From Auanema rhodensis (Eukaryota > Animalia > Nematoda), in assembly GCA_964057225.1 (NCBI GenBank), contig OZ059895.1:13516001-13580000 (forward strand): DNA of 64,000 bases, read 5' to 3'. A program made the position numbers and the translations under genes. Position 1 is the first letter of the stretch; each line of letters opens with the position of its first letter. This document shows positions 32,434-44,529 of the stretch, one piece after another. The notes beneath the pieces are model-generated. The model was given only the letters and a program-made list of their open reading frames with translations. It was not told the DNA's origin and ran no database searches.

Positions 32434-33106
32434 TCTGTGAGTCTCCTTCTTGTGGTGTGTAATATGATTCGGCGGCAGTATCAAAAGTCTTTGACCTTTT
32501 ACTTTTGAGTGTACGAACCGGTGATGGTGAATATCGAATAACAGCTTTACGATGACGAGGCGTTCTAGGTAATATAGTAGAGTCCAAGTCTGTAACAGCC
32601 GGTTCAGCTCTAGTTACAACGTCAACTGAATCATTGTCAGCCGACTCTCTTCTAGTTTGTTTCTTGTTAGAACTTGGTACGCCTTTACTGGCTAAAAACT
32701 TTGACAAGACTGAAAATCCATTGGGCTCCGTTTTTGTTTTATCCAATACAAAATCTAAAATTTTTGTAATATTCGTGTTTGGTACAGCCTCTTTATTAAT
32801 CACAAGTTGGTTATTCTTGTTTGTGCGCACCTCTGGAAATTTCTCCCACAAATTGTTATACTTTCTTGGCAACTTGTATTCTGGCAATAGAGGTGGATCA
32901 GCATTTTCCACTTGTACTGATATGGGCGCATCTATACTTTCTCTATAGTTTTTGAGACGAGCAATCAAGTCTTCGTATAGTTCAACCTTTTTATAGTCGG
33001 GTATAGCTCTATTTTCTCGTAAAAGCTTGAGCTCTGCATCAAACTTGTCTATATTAATTGTTTCCTCGTCGACAGGAATTAGTCGATATTTATGGTTGAG
33101 CTTCAT
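32390..33106 (-). CDS. Conserved Maverick protein (PW-like), 238 aa
   Basis: N..NQLVI....VPNTNI..IL......P.GF......L...GVP pattern; located between ATPase and INT. Confidence 0.7.
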   Translation of the reverse strand: MKLNHKYRLIPVDEETINIDKFDAELKLLRENRAIPDYKKVELYEDLIARLKNYRESIDAPISVQVENADPPLLPEYKLPRKYNNLWEKFPEVRTNKNNQLVINKEAVPNTNITKILDFVLDKTKTEPNGFSVLSKFLASKGVPSSNKKQTRRESADNDSVDVVTRAEPAVTDLDSTILPRTPRHRKAVIRYSPSPVRTLKSKRSKTFDTAAESYYTPQEGDSQNGQGRKRFYIRLWK

Positions 33107-33411
33107 GATTTAAAACCAAAATAGGCAATACCACATGTAACTATTGTTTTCAATTGTTTGTGTGAAAGCGTTGCCAATAATGATTTAGCCTTTTCCGGTG
33201 TGCGTATCAAAGCTATTTGACGTAATAATGAAGATATGGGCAAGAGGGTTTTATATTCCTTGTTAGTTAAAAGAAAATTATTATTTTTCACAATATTAAA
33301 TACAATTTCAACAATAATTTCAATTTGTGCAAAAGAAAATGAGGAAACAGAACAAGGAGTTTTGGCGCAAGAAGACAAAAAGTTGAAATTTGACAAAATA
33401 CGACCACTCAT
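33103..33411 (-). CDS. Small Maverick protein (unit B)
   Basis: Copy of 21054-21362. Confidence 0.7.
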   Translation of the reverse strand: MSGRILSNFNFLSSCAKTPCSVSSFSFAQIEIIVEIVFNIVKNNNFLLTNKEYKTLLPISSLLRQIALIRTPEKAKSLLATLSHKQLKTIVTCGIAYFGFKS

Positions 33412-33423
33412 TGAACAAGCACT

Positions 33424-34104
33424 TTAAACACTAAACACATTTCTGGCAACATAAACCATAGGGTTCTCCGCTGTTATATCAGATAGTATACGCTGCTTCT
33501 CACTTGTTAAAGGATGATTGTCAATCAGTAAATGACTATAGGGAGTAGACATTGCATCATCATACGCCTCTAGAGCATTTTTGAAACGTGGCCCAAATAA
33601 TTGCTGCAGACAATTACGTATTTGTAATATATCTGAATGACTTTTCATCAGTATTATATATGTACTATTGATTCGACTGGTCCTGTCCAGTTGAAATGCC
33701 GCTTGCACAAGATTAAACACTGCCAAATTCCAGTGATGAGCCCATACTGTAAAAATGTTGTTGAGTAATTCCTTTGCTGCTTTATTCGATGAAAAAAAGT
33801 TCATCAAATCATCCAGCACTAGTATAGTATTTACTCCCTTTTGTTCTTTTATCAAATCAGGATCAGGAGGCCCTTGAATAATTATTAAACGCTCATCATT
33901 CATTGGTACACCTGACGATGACCCACATGGACTAAACCAGAATATTCTATCAATGGGGACGTTGAAAAACTTTTCAGTATTTTCACATATATGCTTTATG
34001 AGGGTTGTTTTACCGCATTGGGTAGCACCTATTACTGTTGTCTGACTGGGTAGTTTGAAGCTGAAAACCATAATCAACCACTCGTAAATGTACCTAAAAT
34101 GCAA
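33424..34104 (-). CDS. Packaging ATPase (unit B)
   Basis: Copy of 21375-22055 with 4 aa differences. Confidence 0.92.
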   Translation of the reverse strand: MHFRYIYEWLIMVFSFKLPSQTTVIGATQCGKTTLIKHICENTEKFFNVPIDRIFWFSPCGSSSGVPMNDERLIIIQGPPDPDLIKEQKGVNTILVLDDLMNFFSSNKAAKELLNNIFTVWAHHWNLAVFNLVQAAFQLDRTSRINSTYIILMKSHSDILQIRNCLQQLFGPRFKNALEAYDDAMSTPYSHLLIDNHPLTSEKQRILSDITAENPMVYVARNVFSV

Positions 34105-34150
34105 ATGATTTCATTTATACTAGTGTACACGTATCAAGTGGTGGTTTGTC

Positions 34151-35008
34151 ATGGATGATTTTTACATTACTCTTCCATCATCAGTTGACTCTGAAAAAAG
34201 TAATACATCATCAGTGTTTCTTACCAGATTACCTGAAACACTAAGGCTACGCAATAATAGATATTGCATTGGGCTGACAGACATCATTTTTCCTTGTTCT
34301 ATATTAAATGTTCAAAAAGATTTATCTTATACACTACGTTTTTCCAATAGAAAATTTATTCTACACTTGCCTAAAGGCAACTATGCAAATGGTGATGAAA
34401 TAATACGCGGAATCAATGCTGGAAGAGAATCATTTATCGCCAACAATACAAAGCCTCTTGGAGCTGAGGAAGAAGCACGTATAAAAAGTTTAATAGATAA
34501 AGATGAAGATGTAAAAAAATGGTATAATAATCGCCAGGCTGAGGCTAAGCTAGTGGAGGAAATGCTCGCAGACGCCACATTTCAGTTTAACAAAACATTG
34601 CAGCGCATAGAGTTTGTAACAAGCAAGCGACTATTGTTGAATGCAACGCTTGGTGATGATTTTGCATATTTTCTTGGTTTTGAAAATAAAAACATCAACG
34701 ATACAATAATAGCCAGGCGTCCCATTGATTTTTCAAATAACATTAATACAATGTATATATATTGTGATATTGTAGAATATTCCATTCTTGGTAATGTGAA
34801 AGCTAATTTACTTGCATGTTTACCTGTACCACCTCCTACTGAATTTGGTAAAATGATTGCCAAAACATTTAATCCTATTCGTTATGTACCAATCACTAGA
34901 CAAACACTCGATACCATACGTATTGAAATTTTAGATGAATTTGGTCGTCCTATGCAATTTAATTATGGTTCTACTGTTGTTACATTACATGTTAAAAATA
35001 TGAAATAA
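34151..35008 (+). CDS. Minor capsid protein (unit B)
   Basis: Copy of 22102-22959. Confidence 0.85.
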   Translation: MDDFYITLPSSVDSEKSNTSSVFLTRLPETLRLRNNRYCIGLTDIIFPCSILNVQKDLSYTLRFSNRKFILHLPKGNYANGDEIIRGINAGRESFIANNTKPLGAEEEARIKSLIDKDEDVKKWYNNRQAEAKLVEEMLADATFQFNKTLQRIEFVTSKRLLLNATLGDDFAYFLGFENKNINDTIIARRPIDFSNNINTMYIYCDIVEYSILGNVKANLLACLPVPPPTEFGKMIAKTFNPIRYVPITRQTLDTIRIEILDEFGRPMQFNYGSTVVTLHVKNMK

Positions 35009-35013
35009 ACGTT

Positions 35014-35508
35014 TTATTCAACAGTTATACAATACCACATTTTTATTTTCGAAGGTTTAAAAGATAGTTTAGGGCAGTTTTGTTTGTCGCTCGGCTCGTG
35101 TTGTGAATGTTCTCCGTCACTATTGCTGCGGCATCTTTTTGATTGGGTTGAATGTACAAACTCCTCAGCTTTTTCAAAGGGTTTGCTGGTATCATTTCCA
35201 TCACCATCTTCACCATTCGTTCCATTATTATTATGAATACGCCGAATATGACGCTCACAATTGAATCTTGTTCCAAAAGTTTCACTACAATGAGGGCACA
35301 AACGTCTACGAACACCATCCAAATGTCCATATTTTTGAATAAAGTCAGCATTGCTGATATAATTGTTACATATGGGTTGAATCCCTGCATGTCTTTTCAA
35401 AACGTGATCACTAAAATGCTTGGTTGAAGAAAATATTTCCTTGCATGTACCACAATATTTGTTACATAAAAGTTCCATTAGAGGAAAATGAAAAACGACC
35501 ACACGCAA
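35014..35508 (-). CDS. C2H2 zinc-finger protein (unit B)
   Basis: Copy of 22965-23459. Confidence 0.7.
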   Translation of the reverse strand: MRVVVFHFPLMELLCNKYCGTCKEIFSSTKHFSDHVLKRHAGIQPICNNYISNADFIQKYGHLDGVRRRLCPHCSETFGTRFNCERHIRRIHNNNGTNGEDGDGNDTSKPFEKAEEFVHSTQSKRCRSNSDGEHSQHEPSDKQNCPKLSFKPSKIKMWYCITVE

Positions 35509-35770
35509 TCAACCCACTTTTATATAATGAGCAATAATATGACTAGTGTTGTACAAAAGCCCAATCCCAATGCTATACCTTTAATAAATGGCACTGAAAT
35601 ACATTTCAACATTCTCCTGTATAAAGGCGCTGGTTTAGATTGCTCCAACGTGTATTTGACACATAATTCACAGTGACAAGGAATATTCATAACTGACCAC
35701 GTAATGTAGCAGGTTATTAATGACAAATTTCTTATATAGTAGCCAATTTATAGTCGAATACTTCATGCAT

Positions 35771-36356
35771 CATTCAAGAGTTTGATCTAAACGCTGGATT
35801 AGCTATGGCTATAGAAGATAAACTCGCAAAGGATCGAATACACTACCCCATGACATCAGTGAAAATGCGCTCTTATTTCATAGAAGGAGGCCGCTTGGAT
35901 TCACCTAATAATATATTATTCACGTCTCACACACCAAAACGTGTTGTAGTAGGTCTTGTTGGCGCACACGCCTATAATGGTACTTTTAAACATTCGCCAT
36001 TCAACTTTAAACCGTTTGATTTGAAAAATATATACTTGACGCTCAACAATAGGGTAATACCTACCCGTCCTTATAATTTAGAATGGCGATCTTCCTATGC
36101 CACAGCATATATTGACATGCTGGAAGGTTTGGGACTTTTTTTAAAAGCTGGTTTCACATTTTTTGTATTTGATATTTCTCCTACTGTGCATTCGTCAGAG
36201 TTATTTGATGTTATACGACAAGGTAATGTAGCCTTGAAATTGGAATTTGGTCAACAAACGCCGCAAGAGGGCTTATATGCAATTGTTTATGCAGAGTATG
36301 ACTCTATTCTTTCCATTGACAACAATCGTGCTCCATATATTGATACCAGTTTGTAA
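35771..36356 (+). pseudogene. C-terminal MCP remnant after a 1634-bp deletion, with an additional net 36-bp deletion
   Basis: The junction atgcat|cattcaag joins unit-A equivalents 23721 and 25356; 42 bp are replaced by ttttta at ~36138. Confidence 0.9.
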
Positions 36357-36494
36357 TGTATGTAATAAAATTCTTTAAAAGATTTAAGAATAAAATTTAT
36401 TAATACAACTATTTTTAAAAATAAATACATGTACAATGATAAAATTTTATAAATACAAATATATACAAGATAAAAATTTATAAATTCAAATATA

Positions 36495-39312
36495 TTATTC
36501 ACAATAACCGTAGGGTAAAGTACTATAATCTTGAAGATAACAAAGTTTATCCATTACGACTCTAGTACTTTTTGTCATATCCATTGTGGATATGGCACCG
36601 AGTTGCCTCTTTAACAAGGTTGTGTTGGTTTTTAAAACCAATTTCTCTCCATCCATAACGAGACCGCGAACCAGTCGCTCCATACTTTCAAAGTTTACCA
36701 CTGACGCTGCCGTGTGGTCCAACGTCTGTAAATTATAAAATTATTTGAAAAGTCAAAGCTCGTACTTACCACTCCCTTTGCCTTTGTTACATATTTTACA
36801 TCACCAGCTGCATTTACAAGTTTATAACTATAAACTTTTGCCGCTGGTGACACAAACTTGGTCATTGACCAACCATCGGGTATTTCAGAGGTTAGTTTAC
36901 CTAACCATTCACCCTTCATATCCTCAATTGGATCTGGCTCATCCAGGCACCTTTGATAAATTAGTGAATCCGTGTCTAAATAATGTAAGTTTAAATTGAA
37001 TACAAAGTATAACATTACCTGTATACACCAAATTCTTTCCAATTTTCTCCATTGCCTTATACAATAGTAGCCTTGCATGAGCGGTTGTATAGGCCGCAAT
37101 AGCTACATTTGTAAAAGGCGGTGGTGCCAAATGTGAATCCTCTGGTACTGTTGTGCAGTACGCAACATTATCCACAATTTTGAACCCAGTGAGTTCCCTT
37201 GCAGGATCAGTAATGATCCTACCAATTTCTGGGTCCTCAACACCAATAATCTTGGTTTGGGCTTTATCAGGTCTTTGACCCATTTTACCCCAGACACTAT
37301 AAGCAAATTTGTAATGTATTGTTTTAAAAAGTTTACAAACCTATTTAGCTGCAGTTTGGCTATGCTACGCATGGCAGCATTCTTCTCAATTTTATTGCTC
37401 TCCAGAGCAACACCAGTGTTCTCCTCGTGCTCTTGGAGATAAATCACCTGTAAAATTCTATTTAATGTGATACCTTTGTTAAAACATACCTTTTCTTCCT
37501 CTGTCATGTTTGGCTTTGGCCAGCCCGACGCCTCTTGTTTAATTTTTATGTACTTTTGTACAAATTCTTTAAACAGGCCGCCTTGTTGCCATTCTTCCCA
37601 GTGCCACACCTCATGCACATTAAGCACTTTATAGCCACGTTGTATGGCACACTCGAGCTCAACATGTGTCACAGTTAGATGCAGCTTTCTAGCATTTACA
37701 TCATTCTGGTGCTCACATGTTACATTTTTACTTTTGACTGCACAAGTGCGGCAGTTTGTAAAAATAAGTTTACCGCCAATACGTGTGCCTAATACAGGGT
37801 ACAGCAAATTTGTGGGTGCAAGCACGTCACATTTTACTAGCCCCTTGTATGGGCAACATGTCTCAAAGCTTTTGAAACCCTCAGTAATAACTTTGGGATT
37901 ACCTACAGGGTAATAGGCATCAAAAGCGGTGACATATGGATATAGTGAACAAAAGTCCACATACTCGAGCGAGTATCTATCCGAAGCTTGTGCCAAAAGC
38001 TTATATGTCTGGGTGCGGCCACCGGTAAAGGCATCTCTAGGTGCCAAGCGTGTAACAACATTTGTTTCACGCATAAATTTCGCCATTTCTTCATTGGCCG
38101 AAATTTGTGCATTAATTTCGTGCTCCCACACTGTGGTAACACTAATGCCTTGGCTTTGTATTGCTTCAAGCCTTTTCATGGTTTTATCATAAACCTAAAT
38201 TTTAAAAATTAAAATGATTAAAAATGTCACAATTACCTCTTCCATTGTTTCACCATTTCTGCCTGGTGCTATAGCGCTCTTGTTGGTGCACTGGGGGCAA
38301 CCATGATAGATACAACCATTAATCTACAAAAATTTGCACTTTTTACATTTATTACAAATTACTCACCTCATAGCCATGATTGGCAACGGGGTCATAAGCA
38401 TCGAGTAGATAGCGATGACCATCTACTCTCACTGCAAATTCACCACCATTAAGCTTATGCATTAATGGGCGGCCCAGTCCTTGTTCTAGCCATTTTATAT
38501 ACTTTATGGCTATTATACTCTGCTTTTGACCGGCATAATAACCAGTCTCGGGCAGAATACCCACTTGGTTCTCTTTAATATGATTCATTTTCAGCTGTAA
38601 TATACTAGTTTTGAAAATGCTTGTATTTGAAAAAACTTGCCTGGAATAAAGAGAAACTGGCAAATGTCATACACTGTATGACAGGGTTCCAGCCAGTGGT
38701 GGCGGTTGCCAACTTCATGTAAACTTTCATACAGTTGGTTAAAATACGGACATCTGTCCTACAATATTCCAAAAGCTCTTCATCAAAATCAAACGCTCTT
38801 TGATTACGCTCTTCATACCAAATATTGAATGAAGCTAGGTCTTCTGCTTTCATTCTAGCAGTACAATAGTACTGTTTTGGTGGTAAAGATGGTAACACTT
38901 TGCCATAATTTATTGGATGGTTAAAGAGGTAAGGAAACTGTCCTTTACTCATATCAGGTACACCAAATGCCTTGGGTAACGCTGATAGGGGTAAAGGCAC
39001 TAATAAATAACTATCTTTAAAATATAAATGATTAAATTTTTGACCTCTTAAAGGCTTGACAACCATGCTTATAATCTTGGTCCCATTTAAAATTGGATCA
39101 GGATATATACCACGGTTTATCAGCCTAGACACCAAGAAATGTATGTCAAAGCGTGAACCATTATGCGCAATCAAAATTGCATTATCATTCTCAACAGAGT
39201 TGAGTAACCAATCAAGGAAACGATCTGTTACAGACCATTCACTATCACCTTGTTGGTACCCAAAATGGCCCTCCTTGGTTGTGCATTTTTCACATGAATT
39301 GGCATCTATACA
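36495..39312 (-). pseudogene. pPolB 3' portion (unit B), truncated at the same site as in unit A
   Basis: Breaks at ctataca|agtagag, 39312/39313. Confidence 0.9.
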
Positions 39313-40230
39313 AGTAGAGAGCCGTGCAAAATTTACTAACCACGCCCCCAAACAGTTGCTAAAAACATACTTTTGGGGGCGTCAGCTGCTAAAAACATAC
39401 TTTTGGGGCGCGTCAGCTGTCAAAAACATATTTTTGAGCGTCAGCTGTTAAAATCATATTTTGGGATCATGGTTCATGGATTTTCCTTTTTTAAATTTAA
39501 AAATCATGATTTAAAGCATGATTTTTTTTTTTTAAATCAAATTTAAATATGCGTTTTCAAATGTATGTATATATTTTTAATTATTTTTAAATATATTAAG
39601 TAAAAATAAAAATCTTAATTTTAAATATATAAATTATATTTAAACTTTAAATATTTAAATTTTATATTTATAAATTATATTTAAATTATATTTAACCTTT
39701 ATATATATAAATTATATTTAAATTTTAAATATATTAATTTGTTTTAAAATTTTATTACTTTATTCATTTATTATATTTATTAATTATGTTTGTTTACTTA
39801 TTTTGTTTATTATTTTATAATATTGTGTTTTTTTACTGTTTTTATTTTTAAAGATCAATAAAATTTTTGCATGTAGATAATTTTGTTCACCGTACTTGTT
39901 ATGGGTAATTCAATGGAACACATATCGAAGGTTAATTCGATAAGAACGATATGAAATACCAAAATTCAATGGAACACATATCGAAGGTTAATTCGATAAG
40001 AACGATATGAAATACCAAAATTTAATGGAACACATATCGAAGGTTAATTCGATAAGAACGACATTAAATTATTAATTTTTGAAATTACAAATTGTTATTA
40101 ATTATATTTATTCTAACAAGTAAAAGTTTCAAATTAAAAGAAAATACTAGTTTTAAACTTTATTTTACTAATATAACAATACAATAACTAAATAGAGCAC
40201 ACATTGAAGGTAAATACAATAAGATTAACA
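39313..40230 (+). repeat. Native left TIR, internal copy starting unit C
   Basis: Direct repeat of 28934-29851 at offset 10379. Confidence 0.92.
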
Positions 40231-40864
40231 CCTCAACGCATATCGATGGTTAATAAACAGTAATAACTGCACTGTGGGGGTTTAAATATAGTATAATCAT
40301 TTTAACATTTCAAAAGTTTTAGTTTCGTAATATAATCATTATTAAATATTCAAGAATGAAATATTTTCACATATAAAACGTTGGCAGTCATATGTTTTGT
40401 GCTACAATATGGGTGTAAAAGCATACTATGAATAATATATGAGCTATTAAGCAAAGTTTAAAAAGCCTAAATGTTTTACAGAGATGGCTGTTGTTTATGG
40501 CACAAACGGTAAACAATAATGTTTAAAGAGATGTAAAAACTAATTAATATGCAGATTGTTTACAGGTTCAGAGTGCGCCAACTGCTGGCAACTGTCGATG
40601 AGATGAGTATATCTGCATAAATATGCTGTAAAATCTAATTAATAAAAGAATTTCATCAGCAAACTTGATTGTAACACAATGGGTTGTACTTTACAAAAAT
40701 CTTTGTATAAAAGGTTGGCAATTTTGCTACATTTACATTTCAGCTCTGCCAACTATCCGAGGATCCGACGTTTCACCATCTCCTGCCACTCTTTGCCAAT
40801 CGCCATAGACTGCTCCTCTCTGCAAGTTTGCCTTATATTTTAGAAAGTTGGATCTTTAGCGGAA

Positions 40865-41451
40865 ATGAAGCGTGCTGTACTTGCTGATGTGACAAATGTT
40901 GTGCGCAAATCGCCTGAACCTGAAGTACCACGACCACCCACACCAGCACCAAATTTTACAAGTTTTGGTATGAACCTTAACTTGTCTTTTTTAAATCTTT
41001 AATTTAGATTCACCAATAAAGCAGATGGAGATTCTGAGAGAGAGCACTCCACCAAGGAGTGTATTAATGAGACCAATTTGTCTCTGCAAAACTTGTAGGG
41101 AATCATTGCAGGTTATAGACGAGTATCACTGTTTCAGCCTCTGTATAAAGTGTAGAGGAAGGAATGATGCGTTGGGTCTTTTGAAGGAATTTCGTCACTA
41201 TAAGCCCGAAAAGTTCTCTATTAATGTAAGCTTGCATATTTATTTATTTTCAATTTTATCATTTTTTTTAGATGCGCTCTTATAACACCATGACGTGCAA
41301 GCAATTGTTGAACAATATGGGCTATATTGTTATATATGCAGATGAGGCTACTGTAAAGACTTTTGGTTATAAGCAGAATGTATTCTACTTTAAACTAAGT
41401 CCAGAAGCACTCAACCTGAACATGTTTATCCGCTTTGATCCTTCATTTTGA
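40865..41451 (+). CDS. D-box/Zn-finger spliced gene (unit C)
   Basis: Copy of 30486-31072. Confidence 0.72.
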
Positions 41452-41745
41452 CTACAACAAGCACAAATAGTACAATTGGCGTTTTATTCTTGTTTTGTTA
41501 TGTGGCATTTTTATATTCTCAGCCGTAACATTTTTTTTTTCCAGCTCTTGCGAATATCTATCAATGGCTCATCAATTGAGGACGAATGATCAACCAACTG
41601 GTAAGAATTTGAAAATTTGAATAGTCTACATTTTTTTTTCCAGGTTGAATTGTTGTTTGTATTTTGCTGGTTTTTTATTGTTACATTATGCGATATATCA
41701 AATAAATCATTTATTATAATTACAATTGTTTATAACATTGAAAAA

Positions 41746-42812
41746 TTATACATTTAAATTTTCTGCATCTATCCATTCATTAAAGTTGTCGGGATATCCA
41801 CTCCATTTTACAAATACTTGACGTTTACCGCTTCGAGTACGCTCTTTTAAAACTTTTTCTATATAGTACTTGTTACTTTTATTAGTAGCCAAGACAAGTT
41901 CAGGTTCGTAGAATATTCCCTTTATACGTTCACCATTATAATCTACAAGTTTATACACGGTTGGGTTTCCGGTTACACCTCATCAATTGTGAATAGCTCC
42001 ATTGTATATCCAGACTCGTAGCTTTTTTCAAAAGTACGCCTATTTTTGCTTATGCGAACAGTATCACCAATTTTAAAGCGGCTTTTAACAGCTGATGCAT
42101 ATTCTTCAATGAATATATTTGCTTTAACATCAATGGGCCGCATTTTTATAGAGCGGTTATAAGATTTGTTTATTCCTTCAACCAAATCATCTAGGATATC
42201 AATCCATCGATGATTATTCTTGTAATAGAGATATTTCATCATGCGTGTTTTTAAAGTTCTATTTGCTCGCTCCACCATTGCAGCCTTTTGTGGTGAACTT
42301 GTAGATCCGTGCAGTATGGCAAACTTTTTGAATAGTTTTTCACAATGACTATTATAAAACTCTGTGCCATTATCAGTAATCAACTGAATTGGTATAAAAT
42401 TCTTGAATAAACTTTCAAATGCACTAGCAACCTCTATACCACCTTTAGTTTTCAAAGGCCTAACATATAACATGCGTGTATAAACATCAATCATGGTCAA
42501 CATGTAAGCATAGCCGTCGTTTAATTTTTTATATTTTTGCATATCAACCAAATCTGCTTGCACTGTTAGAAATCGACCACATCCTCTAGTCTTTCTAGTC
42601 TGCATACGCATTCTGGTTGGTTTATGTCGTGTAAAAGTTTCAGAATCTTGCAAAAAATCATCAACTTGTACCTTTGAAATGCCATGTTTTCGTGCTTGCG
42701 ATAATAAATTCTTGGCTGATGTATATGAAGCTGGGTGTTTTATATCGTAATAAATGCTCGCCAAAATATCATTTCCATAATCTAATGTAGAACCTTTTAC
42801 GACCTTGGCCAT
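41746..42812 (-). CDS. Integrase-chromodomain (unit C), same frameshift
   Basis: Copy of 31367-32433. Confidence 0.9.
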
Positions 42813-43485
42813 TCTGTGAGTCTCCTTCTTGTGGTGTGTAATATGATTCGGCGGCAGTATCAAAAGTCTTTGACCTTTTACTTTTGAGTGTACGAACCGG
42901 TGATGGTGAATATCGAATAACAGCTTTACGATGACGAGGCGTTCTAGGTAATATAGTAGAGTCCAAGTCTGTAACAGCCGGTTCAGCTCTAGTTACAACG
43001 TCAACTGAATCATTGTCAGCCGACTCTCTTCTAGTTTGTTTCTTGTTAGAACTTGGTACGCCTTTACTGGCTAAAAACTTTGACAAGACTGAAAATCCAT
43101 TGGGCTCCGTTTTTGTTTTATCCAATACAAAATCTAAAATTTTTGTAATATTCGTGTTTGGTACAGCCTCTTTATTAATCACAAGTTGGTTATTCTTGTT
43201 TGTGCGCACCTCTGGAAATTTCTCCCACAAATTGTTATACTTTCTTGGCAACTTGTATTCTGGCAATAGAGGTGGATCAGCATTTTCCACTTGTACTGAT
43301 ATGGGCGCATCTATACTTTCTCTATAGTTTTTGAGACGAGCAATCAAGTCTTCGTATAGTTCAACCTTTTTATAGTCGGGTATAGCTCTATTTTCTCGTA
43401 AAAGCTTGAGCTCTGCATCAAACTTGTCTATATTAATTGTTTCCTCGTCGACAGGAATTAGTCGATATTTATGGTTGAGCTTCAT
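42769..43485 (-). CDS. PW-like protein (unit C)
   Basis: Copy of 32390-33106. Confidence 0.7.
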   Translation of the reverse strand: MKLNHKYRLIPVDEETINIDKFDAELKLLRENRAIPDYKKVELYEDLIARLKNYRESIDAPISVQVENADPPLLPEYKLPRKYNNLWEKFPEVRTNKNNQLVINKEAVPNTNITKILDFVLDKTKTEPNGFSVLSKFLASKGVPSSNKKQTRRESADNDSVDVVTRAEPAVTDLDSTILPRTPRHRKAVIRYSPSPVRTLKSKRSKTFDTAAESYYTPQEGDSQNGQGRKRFYIRLWK

Positions 43486-43790
43486 GATTTAAAACCAAAA
43501 TAGGCAATACCACATGTAACTATTGTTTTCAATTGTTTGTGTGAAAGCGTTGCCAATAATGATTTAGCCTTTTCCGGTGTGCGTATCAAAGCTATTTGAC
43601 GTAATAATGAAGATATGGGCAAGAGGGTTTTATATTCCTTGTTAGTTAAAAGAAAATTATTATTTTTCACAATATTAAATACAATTTCAACAATAATTTC
43701 AATTTGTGCAAAAGAAAATGAGGAAACAGAACAAGGAGTTTTGGCGCAAGAAGACAAAAAGTTGAAATTTGACAAAATACGACCACTCAT
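43482..43790 (-). CDS. Small Maverick protein (unit C)
   Basis: Copy of 21054-21362. Confidence 0.7.
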   Translation of the reverse strand: MSGRILSNFNFLSSCAKTPCSVSSFSFAQIEIIVEIVFNIVKNNNFLLTNKEYKTLLPISSLLRQIALIRTPEKAKSLLATLSHKQLKTIVTCGIAYFGFKS

Positions 43791-43802
43791 TGAACAAGCA
43801 CT

Positions 43803-44483
43803 TTAAACACTAAACACATTTCTGGCAACATAAACCATAGGGTTCTCCGCTGTTATATCAGATAGTATACGCTGCTTCTCACTTGTTAAAGGATGATTGT
43901 CAATCAGTAAATGACTATAGGGAGTAGACATTGCATCATCATACGCCTCTAGAGCATTTTTGAAACGTGGCCCAAATAATTGCTGCAGACAATTACGTAT
44001 TTGTAATATATCTGAATGACTTTTCATCAGTATTATATATGTACTATTGATTCGACTGGTCCTGTCCAGTTGAAATGCCGCTTGCACAAGATTAAACACT
44101 GCCAAATTCCAGTGATGAGCCCATACTGTAAAAATGTTGTTGAGTAATTCCTTTGCTGCTTTATTCGATGAAAAAAAGTTCATCAAATCATCCAGCACTA
44201 GTATAGTATTTACTCCCTTTTGTTCTTTTATCAAATCAGGATCAGGAGGCCCTTGAATAATTATTAAACGCTCATCATTCATTGGTACACCTGACGATGA
44301 CCCACATGGACTAAACCAGAATATTCTATCAATGGGGACGTTGAAAAACTTTTCAGTATTTTCACATATATGCTTTATGAGGGTTGTTTTACCGCATTGG
44401 GTAGCACCTATTACTGTTGTCTGACTGGGTAGTTTGAAGCTGAAAACCATAATCAACCACTCGTAAATGTACCTAAAATGCAA
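43803..44483 (-). CDS. Packaging ATPase (unit C)
   Basis: Identical protein to unit B. Confidence 0.92.
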   Translation of the reverse strand: MHFRYIYEWLIMVFSFKLPSQTTVIGATQCGKTTLIKHICENTEKFFNVPIDRIFWFSPCGSSSGVPMNDERLIIIQGPPDPDLIKEQKGVNTILVLDDLMNFFSSNKAAKELLNNIFTVWAHHWNLAVFNLVQAAFQLDRTSRINSTYIILMKSHSDILQIRNCLQQLFGPRFKNALEAYDDAMSTPYSHLLIDNHPLTSEKQRILSDITAENPMVYVARNVFSV

Positions 44484-44529
44484 ATGATTTCATTTATACT
44501 AGTGTACACGTATCAAGTGGTGGTTTGTC

